Source of the DNA: Lingula anatina
Lineage: Eukaryota > Animalia > Brachiopoda
Length of the DNA: 64,000 nt
NCBI GenBank assembly: GCA_051362555.1
Contig: CM120643.1
Coordinates: forward strand, 25,734,848-25,798,847
Reading direction: 5' to 3'
How positions within the stretch are numbered: the first letter of the stretch is position 1; each line of letters opens with the position of its first letter. Under the pieces are notes generated by a model. It searched no databases, had not been told where the DNA came from, and was given only the letters and a program-made list of their open reading frames with translations. The translations under genes were made by a program, and so were the position numbers. Below are positions 9,262 through 24,140 of the stretch, piece by piece.

Positions 9262-11709
9262 CTGAAATACAATTGAGAAACATATATGTATTAAACCAGA
9301 CATGAGCCCAGGTTTTAGAAAAAAAAAACTATGAACATTTATTGTGGAACCAAACAACTTACGTAAATGTTTGGGGCTTTAATTACTCTTGGGTCATGTA
9401 AAAAAGCTGAATTCTGTAATTCTGCAGAAAAAGCTCATGTCTGTTAAATGTACAGACTTTGAGTTGCATAACACATACATCACCAATCCATAAACAGGGA
9501 TTCAATTGGGTTGAAATAAAATGTTTTGAAATAGAAATATATATATATATATATATATATATACACTTGATAAAGATATCACTGACGAACCAACCTATTA
9601 ATTCATAAACACTTAATTGAAATGACGCAATTAATATAACTACATAAAACTAATGAAAAATGGAACTTAAGTTGGCAAAGCATCTAGGTATTAGATGTGC
9701 CTTTTTCAAACACACTAGCATCCTTGTTAAAATTTAAATTATTCAAGATAAACGCAGTACCACAAGGCTTTTTATCAGTTTCATAAATCATTGGTCAGTT
9801 AAATGTTTAAAAAAGTAAAACTGTCAAATGATTTTCAATGGATTCTGGACTAAAACAAACATCTTCTATCCCAGTGTTACTAAACACACCCTATCTTTTT
9901 CCCTAGCTTGAATTCCAGAACATAAAACCTATTGAATGACCAGTTAAGTCTCTGAGATCATAGGCTAATCAATCAGCCAATAAACCAATAAATCCTTCAA
10001 AAAGTACCCTTCAATCAAAGGGCAGATTTAAGTGGTCCTCAATTAAATCCCCTCTGGCTTCAAGTAGGCACTAGAATCTGTAGTCATAACTGTGCCCTTG
10101 GTCGTGTTTGGAAGAAATACAACACAAACGATAACAGGTTCAAAAGAAACCCAGTGACATAGAAGTGAACCCTGTGGTATTGATTGGAAATACACACTCA
10201 GGAACCACTTAGGATTTCAAAATGTCCATAAATTTTAGCATGTGGTTTATTTTGAGAGCTTATTAATATAATTCATATGCCATCTAACACTGTCTAGCAA
10301 TCTGTAAGCATTTTAGCTAGCACAGATAGGCCAGCCATGGAAAACGTCTGTTTTTTGAATCAAGGCCAAAAGCAGCAGACAGATATTCATGATGTTTCAA
10401 CAAACAAATTCTCAAACATCCCATCTAAATTTAGCCTTGACGACACTGTTATCCTGTTGCCCCTTTCCTAGTGCTCAAGGCTTAAATTGTTACATAACTG
10501 CTCGAAAACACTTCTACAACTAATCAACGTGTTATGACTGCCTTAATTCCGCTGACAGGATCACCGCTGGAGTCACATTTGATGGGGAAACACAGACTCA
10601 AAATACTGCCCTGAAGGATGTAACGAATATGAGGTATCTTCTGAAATAACATGGCTATTGAGACCAATATTTTGATTACATTTTACTCTTGGTTGTCTCC
10701 TGTTTACGATAAACAAAGTTGTCCAATTTCGTTCTTTTTTATTTGACAGTGGAGTACTCAAAGTGTCCCTTTCTCTTTTACGCTAGAGAGTCAGTTTTTA
10801 CCAGAGATTATTTCATTATTCCCACTTTATTCAACATAATTTGAAGTTAAACACTATTCAACAGCTGAATGTTTTTATAAAGCACATATTATCTTTCTCC
10901 CAATTCTTTTTTTATTATCCCCTCTCCTCTTCTCTCTATCCATCAATTCTTAAACAACAGTCATTTTTCCATACATTATAAGACATAGTACCTGCAAAAT
11001 AATCTCACCTTCAATTTCCCAAAGCACATTTTCCTATAATTTCCAATCACCCAAATTATAATCTTGTCAAAAAATAGAGCTTTTAAGCTTCCATTGATCA
11101 CAAGGCAAAGATGTAAGATGTTCCATCAGAAAAAAGACCCTGCCCTGCCTCCAAATAATTGGTCTCCTCTTTATTCCTTGTTACCCTTGACCTCCTCTTA
11201 CATGTGAATAGGTTCAGTATACAGAGAATTTGACACATCAAAGGCAATTATATATTCTTAATGTTTAAATGATACTAGTTTTATATAGTTCACTTGTATA
11301 GTACCAAGTCTTTCAGTGCTTAGCTGCTCTTTGTTTACCACCCTTTAAAGTTAAGATTTGATGTGCTGGGTATTTCCTTCACAGCAGCTTTATTTTAAAT
11401 TCCCATCACTTAATTATCTTCATTCTAGAAATGTCTCCATAAAATACTCATCTTTACACACATCTCCCTGAAATAAATTATTCCAAATACTTACTCTTTT
11501 TTTTTTTTGGCATTGAGCAGAATACAGAAAAGCTGGTGATTATACAAGCACGGTGGAAACAACAGTAGGCATGTCAGTGTGTTAATCTGACTGTATTCAG
11601 CAAACAAAAAGTCCCTGTGGAGTAAGTGAGCAGTAGCTGTGAAGGGTCCCTTAAACTGAAAACACCCATGTGACATCACCAGTTGATCAGCTCACATAGG
11701 AACATCCAG

Positions 11710-11855
11710 GGCTCCGTATCTCGAAAGGTTCGCTATGTTGCGCACGTGCACAAGTGTCTCGATTCCATAACCGATTCTATTTCGAGATACGGGGCCATGG
11801 AATTGAGACACTTGCGCACATGCGCAACATAGCGAACCTTTTGAGATACGGAGCC
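11710..11855. mobile_element. 146-bp palindromic MITE, PIF/Harbinger-like, CAG TSD
   Basis: ~58-bp TIRs (ggctccgtatctcgaaaggttcgctatgttgcgca.. / ..tgcgcaacatagcgaaccttttgagatacggagcc), flanked by cag on both sides. Confidence 0.9.
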
Positions 11856-12192
11856 CAGGTCAGCTTTACACCTGAGCACACTAATTTTTTTATCCCAATT
11901 GGTCTGCTGCTGTCCTCCGATTATTAATAACTTAAAAGTACTCAACCCTGAATGCGAATTGAGAATTTTAGGTGTGAAATATAAACACCTTGTAGTGTTG
12001 AAAAAGAATCTCCCCAACATCCCACCATGAGGATACTGGAACAAAGCATTCTCAGTAGTGTGAAACAACAGTGCACAGTTTGGGCAGCCTATGTTGTTCA
12101 TTGTGGCACTGGGGACTTGGGTAATTTAGCGATAAATTACCAAATTATTTGCCCTGCAAGTCAAAACATACAACTGCTACTTGTGTGTTCTC

Positions 12193-12420
12193 TACAATGT
12201 ATCATGTTGTGATGGCTACAATATATCATTTTGTGATGATTTCAATGTATCATGTTATGATGGCTACAATGTATCATGTTGTGATGGCTACAATGTATCA
12301 TGTTATGATGGCTATAATGTATCATGTAATGATGGCTACAATGTATCATGTTGTGATGGCTACAATATTTCGAGCTGTGATGGCTACAATGTATCATATT
12401 GAAGGAATTGCAATGTATCA
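12193..12420. repeat. 24-bp minisatellite (tacaatgtatcatgttgtgatggc), ~9 copies
   Basis: Direct tandem copies; the source of three overlapping repetitive ORFs. Confidence 0.95.
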
Positions 12421-15400
12421 AATTAAAGGGTGTTTTGTGACTGAAAAAAATCAAATGACCTAATATGCCACATTTAAATAATTCAAATAAACGTTTATTC
12501 CTATTTTCCATCTTTCTCTCCATCTTTCTTCTTCATATGACTTTTGTGTTGCTTTGGTACTGTAACTTCCCAACTGGCAACTGAAGAACTCCTGACAGCA
12601 TGAAAATTAATTTAACATTCAATTTAACTCAAATTTCAAAATATAATTTCCATAACCTCTGTTTGCCTGGGGGTAGGTTTACTTGACATGATGTTTGACA
12701 TATTTCTTTGTCTTCACTGGCATATAAAGAAAAGTAATGGCATGAGATCAATTGACTATCTAAAGGTTAATATTAATGACATAATATACTGTGCTGCTTT
12801 CAAAATAAGTTGACAAGTGTAATGTACAAGTTAATAAAACAGGTCAGGAAGTGCAATACATGTACCATATGGCAATTTTTCAGAACTCATTTTTATAAAT
12901 GGTGTCATCAATTTCCAGCTCAGCAGGAAAATGGAAGATTTTGAATTTGTAAAAAAAAAAAAAAAAAAGGCTTATTGCTACAATGTGTTCAAAAATCTTG
13001 AAAATTTTGATAATGGAAATGGAAATATGAGCGCAACTATGTCAAACAAGATACATTAGAGAAGGTATAAAGTAAAAATCAAAAAGCAAAGAAATGAAAT
13101 AAATTAAGAACAAATAAGACTCCCCACCACGTTTCTAAATTAGCCAAAGCACCAAAGAAATCCAACTCTTCATCCTTCTGTGGGGTCAGCAATCCATCAT
13201 TAACACCCCGCCATCTAACTCCACATAACAACCTGTAACAGAAGACCACTCCACCTCAGTTCACCTGAGTTTAAATCAGTTTCTGGAAATTGATACGCAC
13301 AATGGAAACGATGGGCTAAAACCCAAGTTACTTTAGATGTCTGTGCAATCCTCCGTGCGGTCAGTTTCTGAGGTATAAGTGTGATTGTGTGGTTATTTTT
13401 GTTTCCAACGAACTGATCTAAAATGCTGATCAGATTTTAACCTTATCTTTGTGGTATTTATTTGTTTTGTGCAAAAAGGACTTTTATTTCACACATTGGG
13501 TGGAACAAAATAGCAAAGTATACTCTTCGGGGCAATGATTGTTGACCTTCCAGTGGGTAGGTAACAGGTGAAGAGTAATTAAATGTTAAAAGACTGGATG
13601 GGGATGTGGTCATTTAATTCTTATTTGTCCAATGAGAGAGAAAGAGAGATTTTATTAAAGGGCAATAAGTTCATAAGGGGAGAAAAAAGAGTAAAAGTGG
13701 GAACTGAAAACAATTTTAGTTTTGAAGACAGTGCAGTAGTTAAGTTATGACATCTTCTCCTGACCTCTGAATGCACTAGAAGTTTGCAGTTATGATTAAA
13801 GGCCATGTTTTACACCAAAATTTGGATAACTCCCCATGTTTTCCTTTTTAACATCAAGTTTGATCATGTTCACTGTCAATCATGTCTGCAACTGATACAA
13901 GGGACTTCCTACATACTGGCCAGCTGAATTTTATAACCAGTTCAAAAAGATACAAGTGATCCAACACTGTGCCATGCAGGTTTTGTATTGTTCTGCTAAC
14001 AAAAACAGTTTCTTATTTGTTTTCATATTTTTTTATAATTTCATTCTTCCCTTTAAACAGTATCAAAATAAAAAGAAAACTTTCCTTGAGATAGAAGTAA
14101 TATGGCTATTTGCAAACTACCATCTAGGACAAGATAATAGTACACACCTTACTGCCCTGCATTGTACCTTTTTCTTACATGCTTTAAATAGTTCATAAAT
14201 ATCTCTTAATAATATCTTAATACTGCACTCCTGTGGTTGTCAGTAGTCCATGTGTTTTAATTTACTTTTAATTTTTTTTTTTTTTTTTGTTGATGAAAAT
14301 CTTTGACCACTTAACCTGCTTGACCATTGTGTTGATGTATAACTTCCATACACTGACCAGCTACTTTTTGTCTGTTTTTTTTTCTAAACCTGGTGCATTC
14401 CCACAGTACTACTTTGTTCAAATATAAATGTACTATATGTAATAAAAATTAAAGCATGCCATAAGATATACAAACATATATACATACAGATATATAAATC
14501 ATTCAACTCATCGTTCAACCTTTGTTCAACTTTTTCACAAGTGCATCTACATGTAACAATTACAAGGTGATGTTTTCTAGCTGTTTCTCTTTCTCATTTC
14601 CTGCAGATTTTTTGCTTCTCATTTCCTCCAGATACCACTGTCTTCTCCATATAGGTATAACTTTTCTCATACCATAATTTGTTACATATACATTAACAGT
14701 TCATCACATGCCTAGCTTGATAGAGCAAAAACCAATGCATCATCAATAGCACACAAAAGGGGGATAGTAAGGGTGCTGGTCCCTGTACCAATTCTCAAGT
14801 ACAATTTTAATAGATATTTAGTGACTTCCTGAGTCCGGAGGTTACCAGGAGAGCATCTCTGGTGGCCGAGTAAGTGACAACTCCACACAGTGATTATCAT
14901 GGTTGATAGTGGAGTCTGTGGCGTCTCTAAGCTGATAGTACATCACCTGTGGCTGACGTTTTAACCTGGCAGGACGTCCCCCGGCAAAGATCTAGGTCTG
15001 ATTTTGTGGTTACTTTCTTTCTGATGTGTACAATGTGTAGAAAAAGACTGTACTTATAAGGTTGAAGCAGGATGGAGGGGCAGATGTATTCAGATAATTC
15101 TGTCATCTGGATCTACAAGACGATGGTCTTCAGAATGGCTAGAAAGTGATCGTTTAGGTTTTCCAGAATGAAGTCCATTTTTTTTTTTGCAAATTAAAAA
15201 GATATTAAGAACTATAATAGCAAGGGGAAGGGGGAGGCACAAACGGAAAGATGACTGCCCCCTCTCACATACTAATACTTCTATATATCCTCAATCTGTC
15301 TGTGCATTATCCAAAACCCCATCAGTGAATATATACATACTATAACATGTACAGTTCACAACTAATATCAGTCCATCTACCAAATTCTTTGCTAGAATTA

Positions 15401-18192
15401 TGCCAATGATAATACATTCAAGGAAAATGAACATGATAACATTGCACAACAGTCACAATTAGCATTCCTAACACATTGTAGCTATATACCAAATATTTGT
15501 GACAAGAACCTTTTATGTACCAAATAGAACCATTTCATTAAAAAAAAAAGATCCTAAAGAAGGCAGAAGTTGGTAAGTTCCATGAAAAAACAGCTCTGTG
15601 CCACACATGCATGCACGCACATATGCATCATGCAAGCACACACACACACACATGAATCATAGCCATCACAACTAACATAATGTATAACTATCTCACAAAA
15701 CCATTAAAAAATATTCAATTACAGTTCCACATCTTACAAGAAAAAAACTTCTCAAAATACAGTCACAATACTGCGTCATCCAAGCCAGTCAACTGTACTG
15801 AATCTTTTCTTCGTTGTTTATACTTCATAAAAAAGCACACGCTGTCTGCCTTCTTCTGGTGTCGCGGCCAATCAGCAACTTAACACTCAATGTGAAATCC
15901 GCCACAAATCAATGTTTTCAGTTATCATAGCTAATTATGTGTCTCAGTTTGTTGTTGGCCCTGAGTGCCTAAAACAACAACCCTTGGCAGTGGCGGTTTG
16001 TGGTGTGGTGTGATTGTTGTGCAGGCGATGGCAAGTTAAAGTCAACTTTTGATTTTGGAAACAGAATCAGGAACCCCAAGGCCATTTGGCAACCAGGGTG
16101 TTCCAGTTTAGTTTTTCCTCTTTTTTTTTCAGAAGACAATGGCTCCATGCTGCCCAACTAGCCTTCAAGTGTTCGTACTATACTTAACTGAAAGGTATTA
16201 CTATAACTTTTAGTCCTGCTTTTAAAACTGGAATTCTTTTGAATCTTGTTGGATTATTTAGATTTTAGTTTTTGAACTTCACCTGAAAATATTACATACT
16301 GTATTACAATATGTAAAACAAAACCATTATCATCCAAGACCAGCAATTACATCAAAACGGTCAGCCTTAATATGGGTTTTATATGAAAAGTGATTTTCAT
16401 ATATGAGCTAAGCATTTATTGATGCTACTGAGAGGCCTGTCACTAGTTCTTCATTTCAGGAAGTGCAAAAATGGTAAGCGCACACAGACTCCTTCATTTT
16501 GTTTGTTTTTTTTCCCAATTTTAAATGGCATATCAAAACTACTTTTACTCGACAGCAAGTTCTTGAAATCATTTCAGATGAAGGAGTATTTTGATTATAT
16601 AACTTACCTAACACAATGTATTGTTTAAAAAATTGAACCCTCATATCCAGTAAAATAGTTCTCACATTCCTGAATTGCGTGTGCAGCACTGTTGTTTTAA
16701 ATTCCCCACATTAACCTTTAAAATATTTTTTAGTTTTGTCTCTTCAGGCTACAAGATGTACAGTTCACTTTCTTTTTTTCTTTTAGAATTAACATTTTAG
16801 TACAAGAGGGCCTCCTAGCATTATAAGAAGAAAAAATCTATAATATCAAAATAACTCAGGACTACACAATCATGTAATTTGACATAGTGGCCACCATAGT
16901 GCTCCAACCAATATCTTCCTGGATCATGCCATACTGCATAACTCCTCATCTCATATCCTTCAGAAATTGTGTAAAAGGGGACATTTCTTTCCATTTTTAC
17001 TTCTGAACTTGAATCCTATTTCATAGGTAACCTCCCCCCTATCCACCCTTCCCCTGCCCCAAGTTCTTTTCACATTTGTTGCAAAAGTCAACAGATTTTG
17101 AAACAGAAATGATGCCTTCTACCTTATCTTTTTTTTTTTTTTAAATCCTTTTTTTATCAAGAAAAAGAAAAAACACTACATAAAATAGCAATGGTCACAT
17201 ACCCTAAACAAACTTGTCCAGATAAAGTGCTGTTAAGATATATAACACAGAGCTTTAGTTTAAAAATCCATAATCAAAATCAAACCCTTTAACAGTTGTT
17301 TATTGTCTCTTCATAATGTCCACACATTCAACATTCACATGTCCATAAAACCAACTGAACCAGTCACCGTGGAATAAATAACCAATTCATAGAGACTGAC
17401 ATAAAATCAACACTGTCTCCCTACTTCCCCTCACTGCCAATACTACTGCTGTCTTTATAATGATGATGACAGATTCATTCACAATTAAGACTAAGTAAAG
17501 AACATCAGGAATGAATAAGCTAAAAAGTCAGACAAAGAAATAGCCAACATATTAGAGAAACAACCCCAAATCAGACCAAATAAACAATATAATAAACATA
17601 ATAAATAAACAAAGTCAAAATAAATATCCAATAAATCAAATCAAATATCAGCGCTAACGAGGAGCTGATAATGTGATTTTTTTCCTGTCTTAAAACATCA
17701 AAGAGTTCAACCAGGTATTCATGGAGGGTGGGTTAGATTAAAAAACCAAATAAAGACAATTTAAGGGCACACTTGTTGAAAAGTTTTGCCTTGCATCCAG
17801 ACTTGAGACAACTGTTTATCCTAACAGAGATAAACTACAAGATTTAGGGACCAGAGCCGCACAACATTAGCCTGGAGTGCTTTTACAATCAAAAGACTTT
17901 GGGATGGAAAGTTGGCCTTTATTCTTGCACCACAAATTATTATCTGTCCTTGCATGTGTGTGCAAGCAACCAGTTGACAACGTACGTAATTCTTTCCCTG
18001 CCTTAAGTTTGTGGTCCCTTGCATGTGTGAAAAACAGTGTGCACGAGAATTTACACTTGCCCCTGTTTTGCACTAAATTAAATGCATGTGGGTGATTAAT
18101 ATGAAATTTTAATCTTTTTGTTTTTTTCATAATTTCTCATTCTGAAGTAAGACCAGAGCTAAGTCACATTGTCTACAATCAGTGCTACTTAC

Positions 18193-18524
18193 CATACCGT
18201 TACATACACTGACAGCAGCATGAGATTCAGTTGAGTGATGAGACAAAATAGTCCCTGTATAAATGCACTCCACCATGGGAGAAGCTGGGACCCTCTGCAT
18301 TTCTTTCCTTCTGTGCTTTTTTCTGTATATTTGAAAGCTGGGAGCAAAAAGTTTATAATTTGGTTGTAGCTGTACATGGAACTGTTCTCCAAATGCTGTA
18401 ATATTGTAATACAGTGATGATGTCGCCGATGAGGTGCTTCGCCTATTGCGTTGCTGTGGAGACAGGTCATGTGACACATACTGGCCATAGTGGTCTACTT
18501 GGAATGGTAGTGTAACTTCGAAAT
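18193..18524 (-). CDS. ADAMTS16/18: ADAMTS16/18-like exon 3, prodomain (Pep_M12B_propep)
   Basis: DFEVTLPFQVDHYGQYVSHDL..RNRRS..LYYNITAFGEQFHVQLQPNYKLFAPSF..CIYTG..AAVSVCNGM, a typical ADAMTS prodomain. cag acceptor, gtaagt donor. Confidence 0.95.
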
Positions 18525-19263
18525 CTGTGAAAAAATGTAATATTTATTAAAATTCACAAAAGAAAGATATGCTAGTATACTACTCATAAACTCAAAAAAT
18601 ACTAAATTGAACACTAGATGTTAAGAGCTAGGGAATCTGTACATCTTATTTGTATATCATGTTACATGATTGTATGAAAAATTTGGTACTAAGTTTGTAA
18701 ACAATACATTATCATTGTTTATAAAAGTGAAATGTAAACCATCTCAGGTAAAAATGTTCAAATAAATTAATGTGCAATGTTTCAGACGATGCTTAAAGAA
18801 ATAGACACAAAATTCTTAAGGTTGTAAATTTGATTGTAAATTTTATTCTTGTTATATCCATGGACATCTATCAATTTATGCTTTCCACCCATGTTGTGGC
18901 AATTTTAGGTCTCTGTAATAAACGATAAGGAAAAACTCCTGCACTGGATTTAACATCCAAATCTCAGTGGTAAATGACAAAAGGATCATTCAACACAACA
19001 GACAAAGACACATGGCACCCATAAGGCAAAGACAACCAGTGGGTATCTTCACTACAAACTGAGCTGTGGAGAGAAAATAATCATAAAAACAGGGGGTATT
19101 CTCCCATTATTTCCTTCTTCAATAATAAAACCATACAAGTTCAAACACAGGTCATCATTGTTTCAGTCATAAAAAAACTGAGATAATATTTTGCTGGTTA
19201 AGGGATCTTGGATATTAACGAAAAAGTCCAAAACTAATGCAGCTAATGAAATTTCCTATTAAC

Positions 19264-20780
19264 TTAAAGAAAAGGTCTAGCAAGCCAAACAATTTTTCAA
19301 AGTTTGTAGTCACAGTGTAACACGAGTGACGTAATATCAGCGTTTTGAGGCTAAAATTGTCTTTTTTTTAATCAAGAATTTCTCTTAAACAAAAAGCCCT
19401 ATTAATACGATTGAAATAGCTATCTAAAGGTTAGCACAAACTCCATTAAACTCTGTCAGGATTTTCTCTTTTTATTTTTACTTTTGATTTTATTTTGATA
19501 AAACGTGAATTTTACGAAATACATATGGACCTTCCAATTTCAGTATTAATAACTTCAAAAATAAAAGGTCAATCCAAAAACCAAGACTCAGACGACTAGA
19601 TATTATACTGAAACAGAGACACATCAAATTTCATGTCAATCTGACAGTTACAGAATGAGATATGGGGATTGAAGTTTAGACTATGTTATCAATCTTCAAA
19701 GCTGAGAAATCGCTCCTAAACCATTTTGCTCAGGTAATTGGGCTATTTAAGCAAAATAATTGCACCTCCACCTTACCTGTTATCATCTTGTTGATCGGGA
19801 AGGTCTATACACCATTACGTGTTAAAATTGGGTTGTTTGTTTCTATCTAGATGCCAGAAAATCTTACTTTTGTACGCAAACTTATTCGTACCACGAAAGT
19901 CGCTCTTCCCTGGGAAATGATTGACAGCTGAGTAGGTCTACCTACTCTCGTTTCACTGACGTAATTAATCATAATTGTGCCTGACGCAGTAGGAGTCTGT
20001 GCACTGTCTAGGAAGTGTCTAAGGAAGCGCTTACAAACAAAAAGAGGATTACTTGGTGTGCCAGCAGAGGACAATGCCACCCGTCGTGCATGGGCGCCGC
20101 TCTACACACCAAGACGCGAAAATTGAGAAAGTAAAGCAAGATTTACTCCGAGAAATGGCCGAATGTGGGTACGTATATGCCATGATGCCACAGAGTGCCA
20201 AGACCGTAATATGCGAATTTGAAAATGTTTTGGGTGGCAATATTACTTTAAAACTTGCTTGCTATTACAATCTTTATTGTGCATAAAATGATTGCCTAAC
20301 GATTTTTTTCTGACAACCCCAGACGTTGTACGAATACTCAGCAGTTCAAGTGTGATCTCGAGTCTTTACCGCGGGGTTTCTCCATCCACCAGAAGCACTC
20401 TCTTTCAAAATTCTCTTGCTTTCCTCGCTCATCCGTTTTCTCACGTCTTTCTTTCTTCCCATGACTGTGCATATATCTGTGTTCTGCTTAGCTGGCGTAA
20501 GACTTATGAGCTGCCAGGACACGCGTAACAGCTTAAGAAGTTAGACAACCATTCTTGCCCCGCCCCCCATAGTAACGGTGCTTGACAACGGAGGCGGAGC
20601 CTAAAGCCTGCCACCCGTACCAGTCAGGACAGGTAGAAAAACTCGTCCAAATGCATATTTTTAGTCCGTGTTTCTCAAATATAACTTAATTGAGTATTAG
20701 ATACAAAATTGATTATTTCTAACGTATAAAAAACTAAAAATCGAGTTTTAGACGTATTTTTAATATCCTAGACCCCTTAA
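19264..20780. mobile_element. Putative ~1.5-kb non-autonomous DNA transposon flanked by TTAA (Kolobok-like)
   Basis: Left end ttaa-agaaaaggtctag, right end ctagacccc-ttaa (short imperfect TIR). The interior is much richer in CpG than the host intron and has GC boxes and short convergent ORFs. Confidence 0.55.
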
Positions 20781-20963
20781 ACACATCCCTCACTGTGAGG
20801 TAACCCCTGCGATATTGCCCCCCTGACTTTCACAGGTTACTGGAAACTCAGCACGCCTCTGCTATTTTTAGTATCAGGCTAGAGACATTCTGATAACAGA
20901 GGTGAGTTTACATTGACCTCTTGACACTCAGGGTGCTCTACTGTGACTGGTAAGTGAGACTAG

Positions 20964-21194
20964 GGGTGCGTTCACAATGAAACTATCGTATCAGATAGTT
21001 CAAACTGAAACTAACTCAGTCTCAGTTAAAAAAAGATGCGAAAAAGTTCCAGAAGCCCAACATACACAAAGGTTAACAACCCCCCTAGTTGCTCAAGGAG
21101 GTGTATCATTCTGTTAGCCTGATTGCATTCAACAAGGGTCTCCGCAGAGTTGGATCGTTCTATACAGCACCAAAATTTTATTGTGAATGCACCC
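20964..21194. mobile_element. Degenerate Harbinger-type MITE
   Basis: TIRs gggtgcgttcacaatgaaa / ttttattgtgaatgcaccc; TSD not preserved. Confidence 0.65.
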
Positions 21195-24140
21195 TTTACC
21201 TCTCTTTCAAAAGACACAGGCAAGACTCTTTCATTTTTATGTGGAGATAGATACAGAAGTTTTCTATTAGTTCCCACCTCTAAATGACCTTATCAGATTG
21301 TGTGTGGTGAGGAAAATGCTGACATAATAACCTGGCAGTGGTCTATATGCGCCTTTCTCTATGGAGGCCCTTATCTGAGTGTGCTGTTTTTTCCATTTTT
21401 TCTCTGATAGTGAAATAATTTTAACTTCTCATTTTCTACATGAAATTGTTGAATTGCTCTTCAAATTCAAGGGTCATTTTATATGCTGCATGATTGTGCA
21501 AAAGGTATAATTTTCAGTGATTGCTAAAAATCTGTGAACATATCAATTTTTGAAAGAAGGGAAAAAGTAACTCTTGATATTATCTATGATGAATGGTTTC
21601 ATTGGTGATTCAAAATTATCACACTTATTTACAGAAAAAGTAAAAAAAATTGATATTCAGTACATTATATTATTTGAGTTCTGATCTCTGATACACAGCA
21701 ATAATAACAGCACAAAGATGAAAACATTTATTTCGAATCAGTAATGTTATCTACACTGCTTCGGGGCTATACTGAAAAGAACAAAAATGTGAATGGGAAA
21801 AAAAGATACATAAAAGTCAGCATTAATGAAAAAACTGTTGTAAAAATTTGAGAAAAAACACCTTTATACCATGACCCTTAAACTTCCTCAATTGTATTTA
21901 AGTGCAACTCAATTATAGTATCAAACAGTTTAATTGTGCGAAAAAAGGGTTCACAATGAAAAGATGCGTGTAAGAGCCAGAAGATAAAGAGTTTTCCTAT
22001 TCACAGTCACACCTCAGAAATACTTTGGTGCAACAGCACTTTGGCTAGTCACCTTGAAAAGAAGTATGGTAAAATGATCACTGAATTAAAGTTGAATGAA
22101 TGAAATATAACAGGCAAAAGAGGTTTTATCCACACACAAAATAAAATAAAATAAAATAAAATAAAAATATATTATAATAATTTCCATCTTACATATAAAA
22201 TATGGCAGTTTTAAAAGAAGTACTGTACTACACTCCCTAAATTATTCAACTCCACTGAATGAGTGAATGAATAAATGAATGAATGAATGAATGAAACATA
22301 ACAGGCTCAAAATAAAGCATGCACCAACGTGATGACAGCAAATCTCTGCACTGCCAGCTTTGTTTCTTAAAACCACTTGTAAACTATAGGATCCTCTCAG
22401 GTATCTCAGCAGCTCTGACAGGTAAGAAAGCTTGTCCATCACAGGTAACCTAAGGAGGCCGAACACTTCTGCGGTTATGCAACAGGTGAAGACAGTCTAG
22501 GTGTGCTTACAGGTGATCAAAATGATTTTTATAATAGAGATGTTATGTTACCATGGTGATATGTGTTTTATTTGGTTTTGGGGATGTTTTTAGGTTTTAT
22601 CTCGGTATGTGCATCAAATAATATATTGCCACCCTCTTGCGATATACACCTAGAACACTTCATGCTGATGCTCCAGGCATCTATGCCTTGCATTGACAGT
22701 GTATTATCTCACATCTAACAGCTAGTACCCTTCTAATTCTACCTCTGAGAGTAATGACACATATAACAGTATTATTTTAATCCAGATCTTAGTAATAAAT
22801 TTGCTTTTTTTTTCAGTACTAAAATCCCAAATTCTCATTTTGTAAAACTCTTATGATTTACAGAGGCCATACAATAAATACCCTATCCTCTTTTATAAAA
22901 ATCATAGAATCAGGCATAAATAAATAGTTAAGAGTGGCAGGTTTCTGAACCCTCTGATTGCTATTGTTCTCCCCACTTCAAACCATGCTGGGATCTTGAT
23001 GAGCCAAGGCATTTACCCATACAAGAAAAAAAGACAAAAAAAAAAAAAAATGTTATATGGTAATCATTTCCATTTCACAAGAAAAAAAGTTTTATTTGTT
23101 CATGTATGCCACAGTAAAAAAAGTTGCCAAAATAAAAATGTCAAACTTTTTTACACTGCAATGTAAAGAAGAAATAAACATCATTTTCCAACATGGCCCT
23201 CACCACCATAGAGATGACAAAGACCTCCCAATTCTTCTCCATTTATCATCCCAAGACCTATTACCATTATTAATTACATTGTATACAACCTCACAGTAAA
23301 GATTCATTTTGGGTAAGAAAATTGGGATTCCTCTGCGCTCACTGGTTCTTTGTTAGTGTCCAGCCAGTAGACCCCAGGTTCCAGTGGGGCCAGGTATGGT
23401 ATCAGACAGTACAATCCCATCCGTCAGGTGGGCCACCAACGTGTAATTAGGGATTTGATAGGCACCCATCATGCTATCGGATGTTATCAGATGCCCAGTT
23501 CTATTTTTTCTTGATTCTTTAAATCTTTTCCTATATCATAATTCTTGCCATTCCTGCAGGTTTCAGATAAGATTTTTGACCCGTTCTATTTATGTAAATT
23601 TTTCTTTTATCTGTAATCCTATACCCCCCCCTCTCTCTCTTTTTTTTTTTTACAACAGGACATATGATATTACAGCCTACATAAATTCAGTGAATATGTT
23701 CCATCAATAAATCAAATTGCACTTATGACACTAAAACCTAAACAGGATACCAAATATGTGAAGGCATATTCACCAAGTCATTATAAAAAAATCATATTAA
23801 AAACACACCTCTTATCAGTGATATATATCTCATCTAATTTCATCCAGCTGACACTGTGGAAATGACCCTCGCTCCACCTTTAATCATCACCAGTGTTATT
23901 CTAATAATGAAAACCAATCTGGTCCAGTCACAATAATGAAAAATGCCAGGAGGTAGTATACAAAAAGGAGAAAAAACTTGAGAGAAATGTTGGAAATCTT
24001 TGCTGGCCCGACCAATTACCATCCCTGGCCACAGCAGGGTTGCCTAAATTGCTATCAAACTAATGAAGTCTGCGTCCAGTGTGGTCTGGTCCACCTGTCC
24101 TCTCTGCTGACCACTGGACCTGTAGGCATGGACCACTGGT

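Noticed and set aside
12149-12523. Repetitive ORFs (CDGYNVSC, MATMYHVM, HCSHHNMI repeats) suggesting a Cys- or His-rich protein
   Set aside because: They come from a 24-bp minisatellite that is open in several frames on both strands, with no supporting splice or start context.
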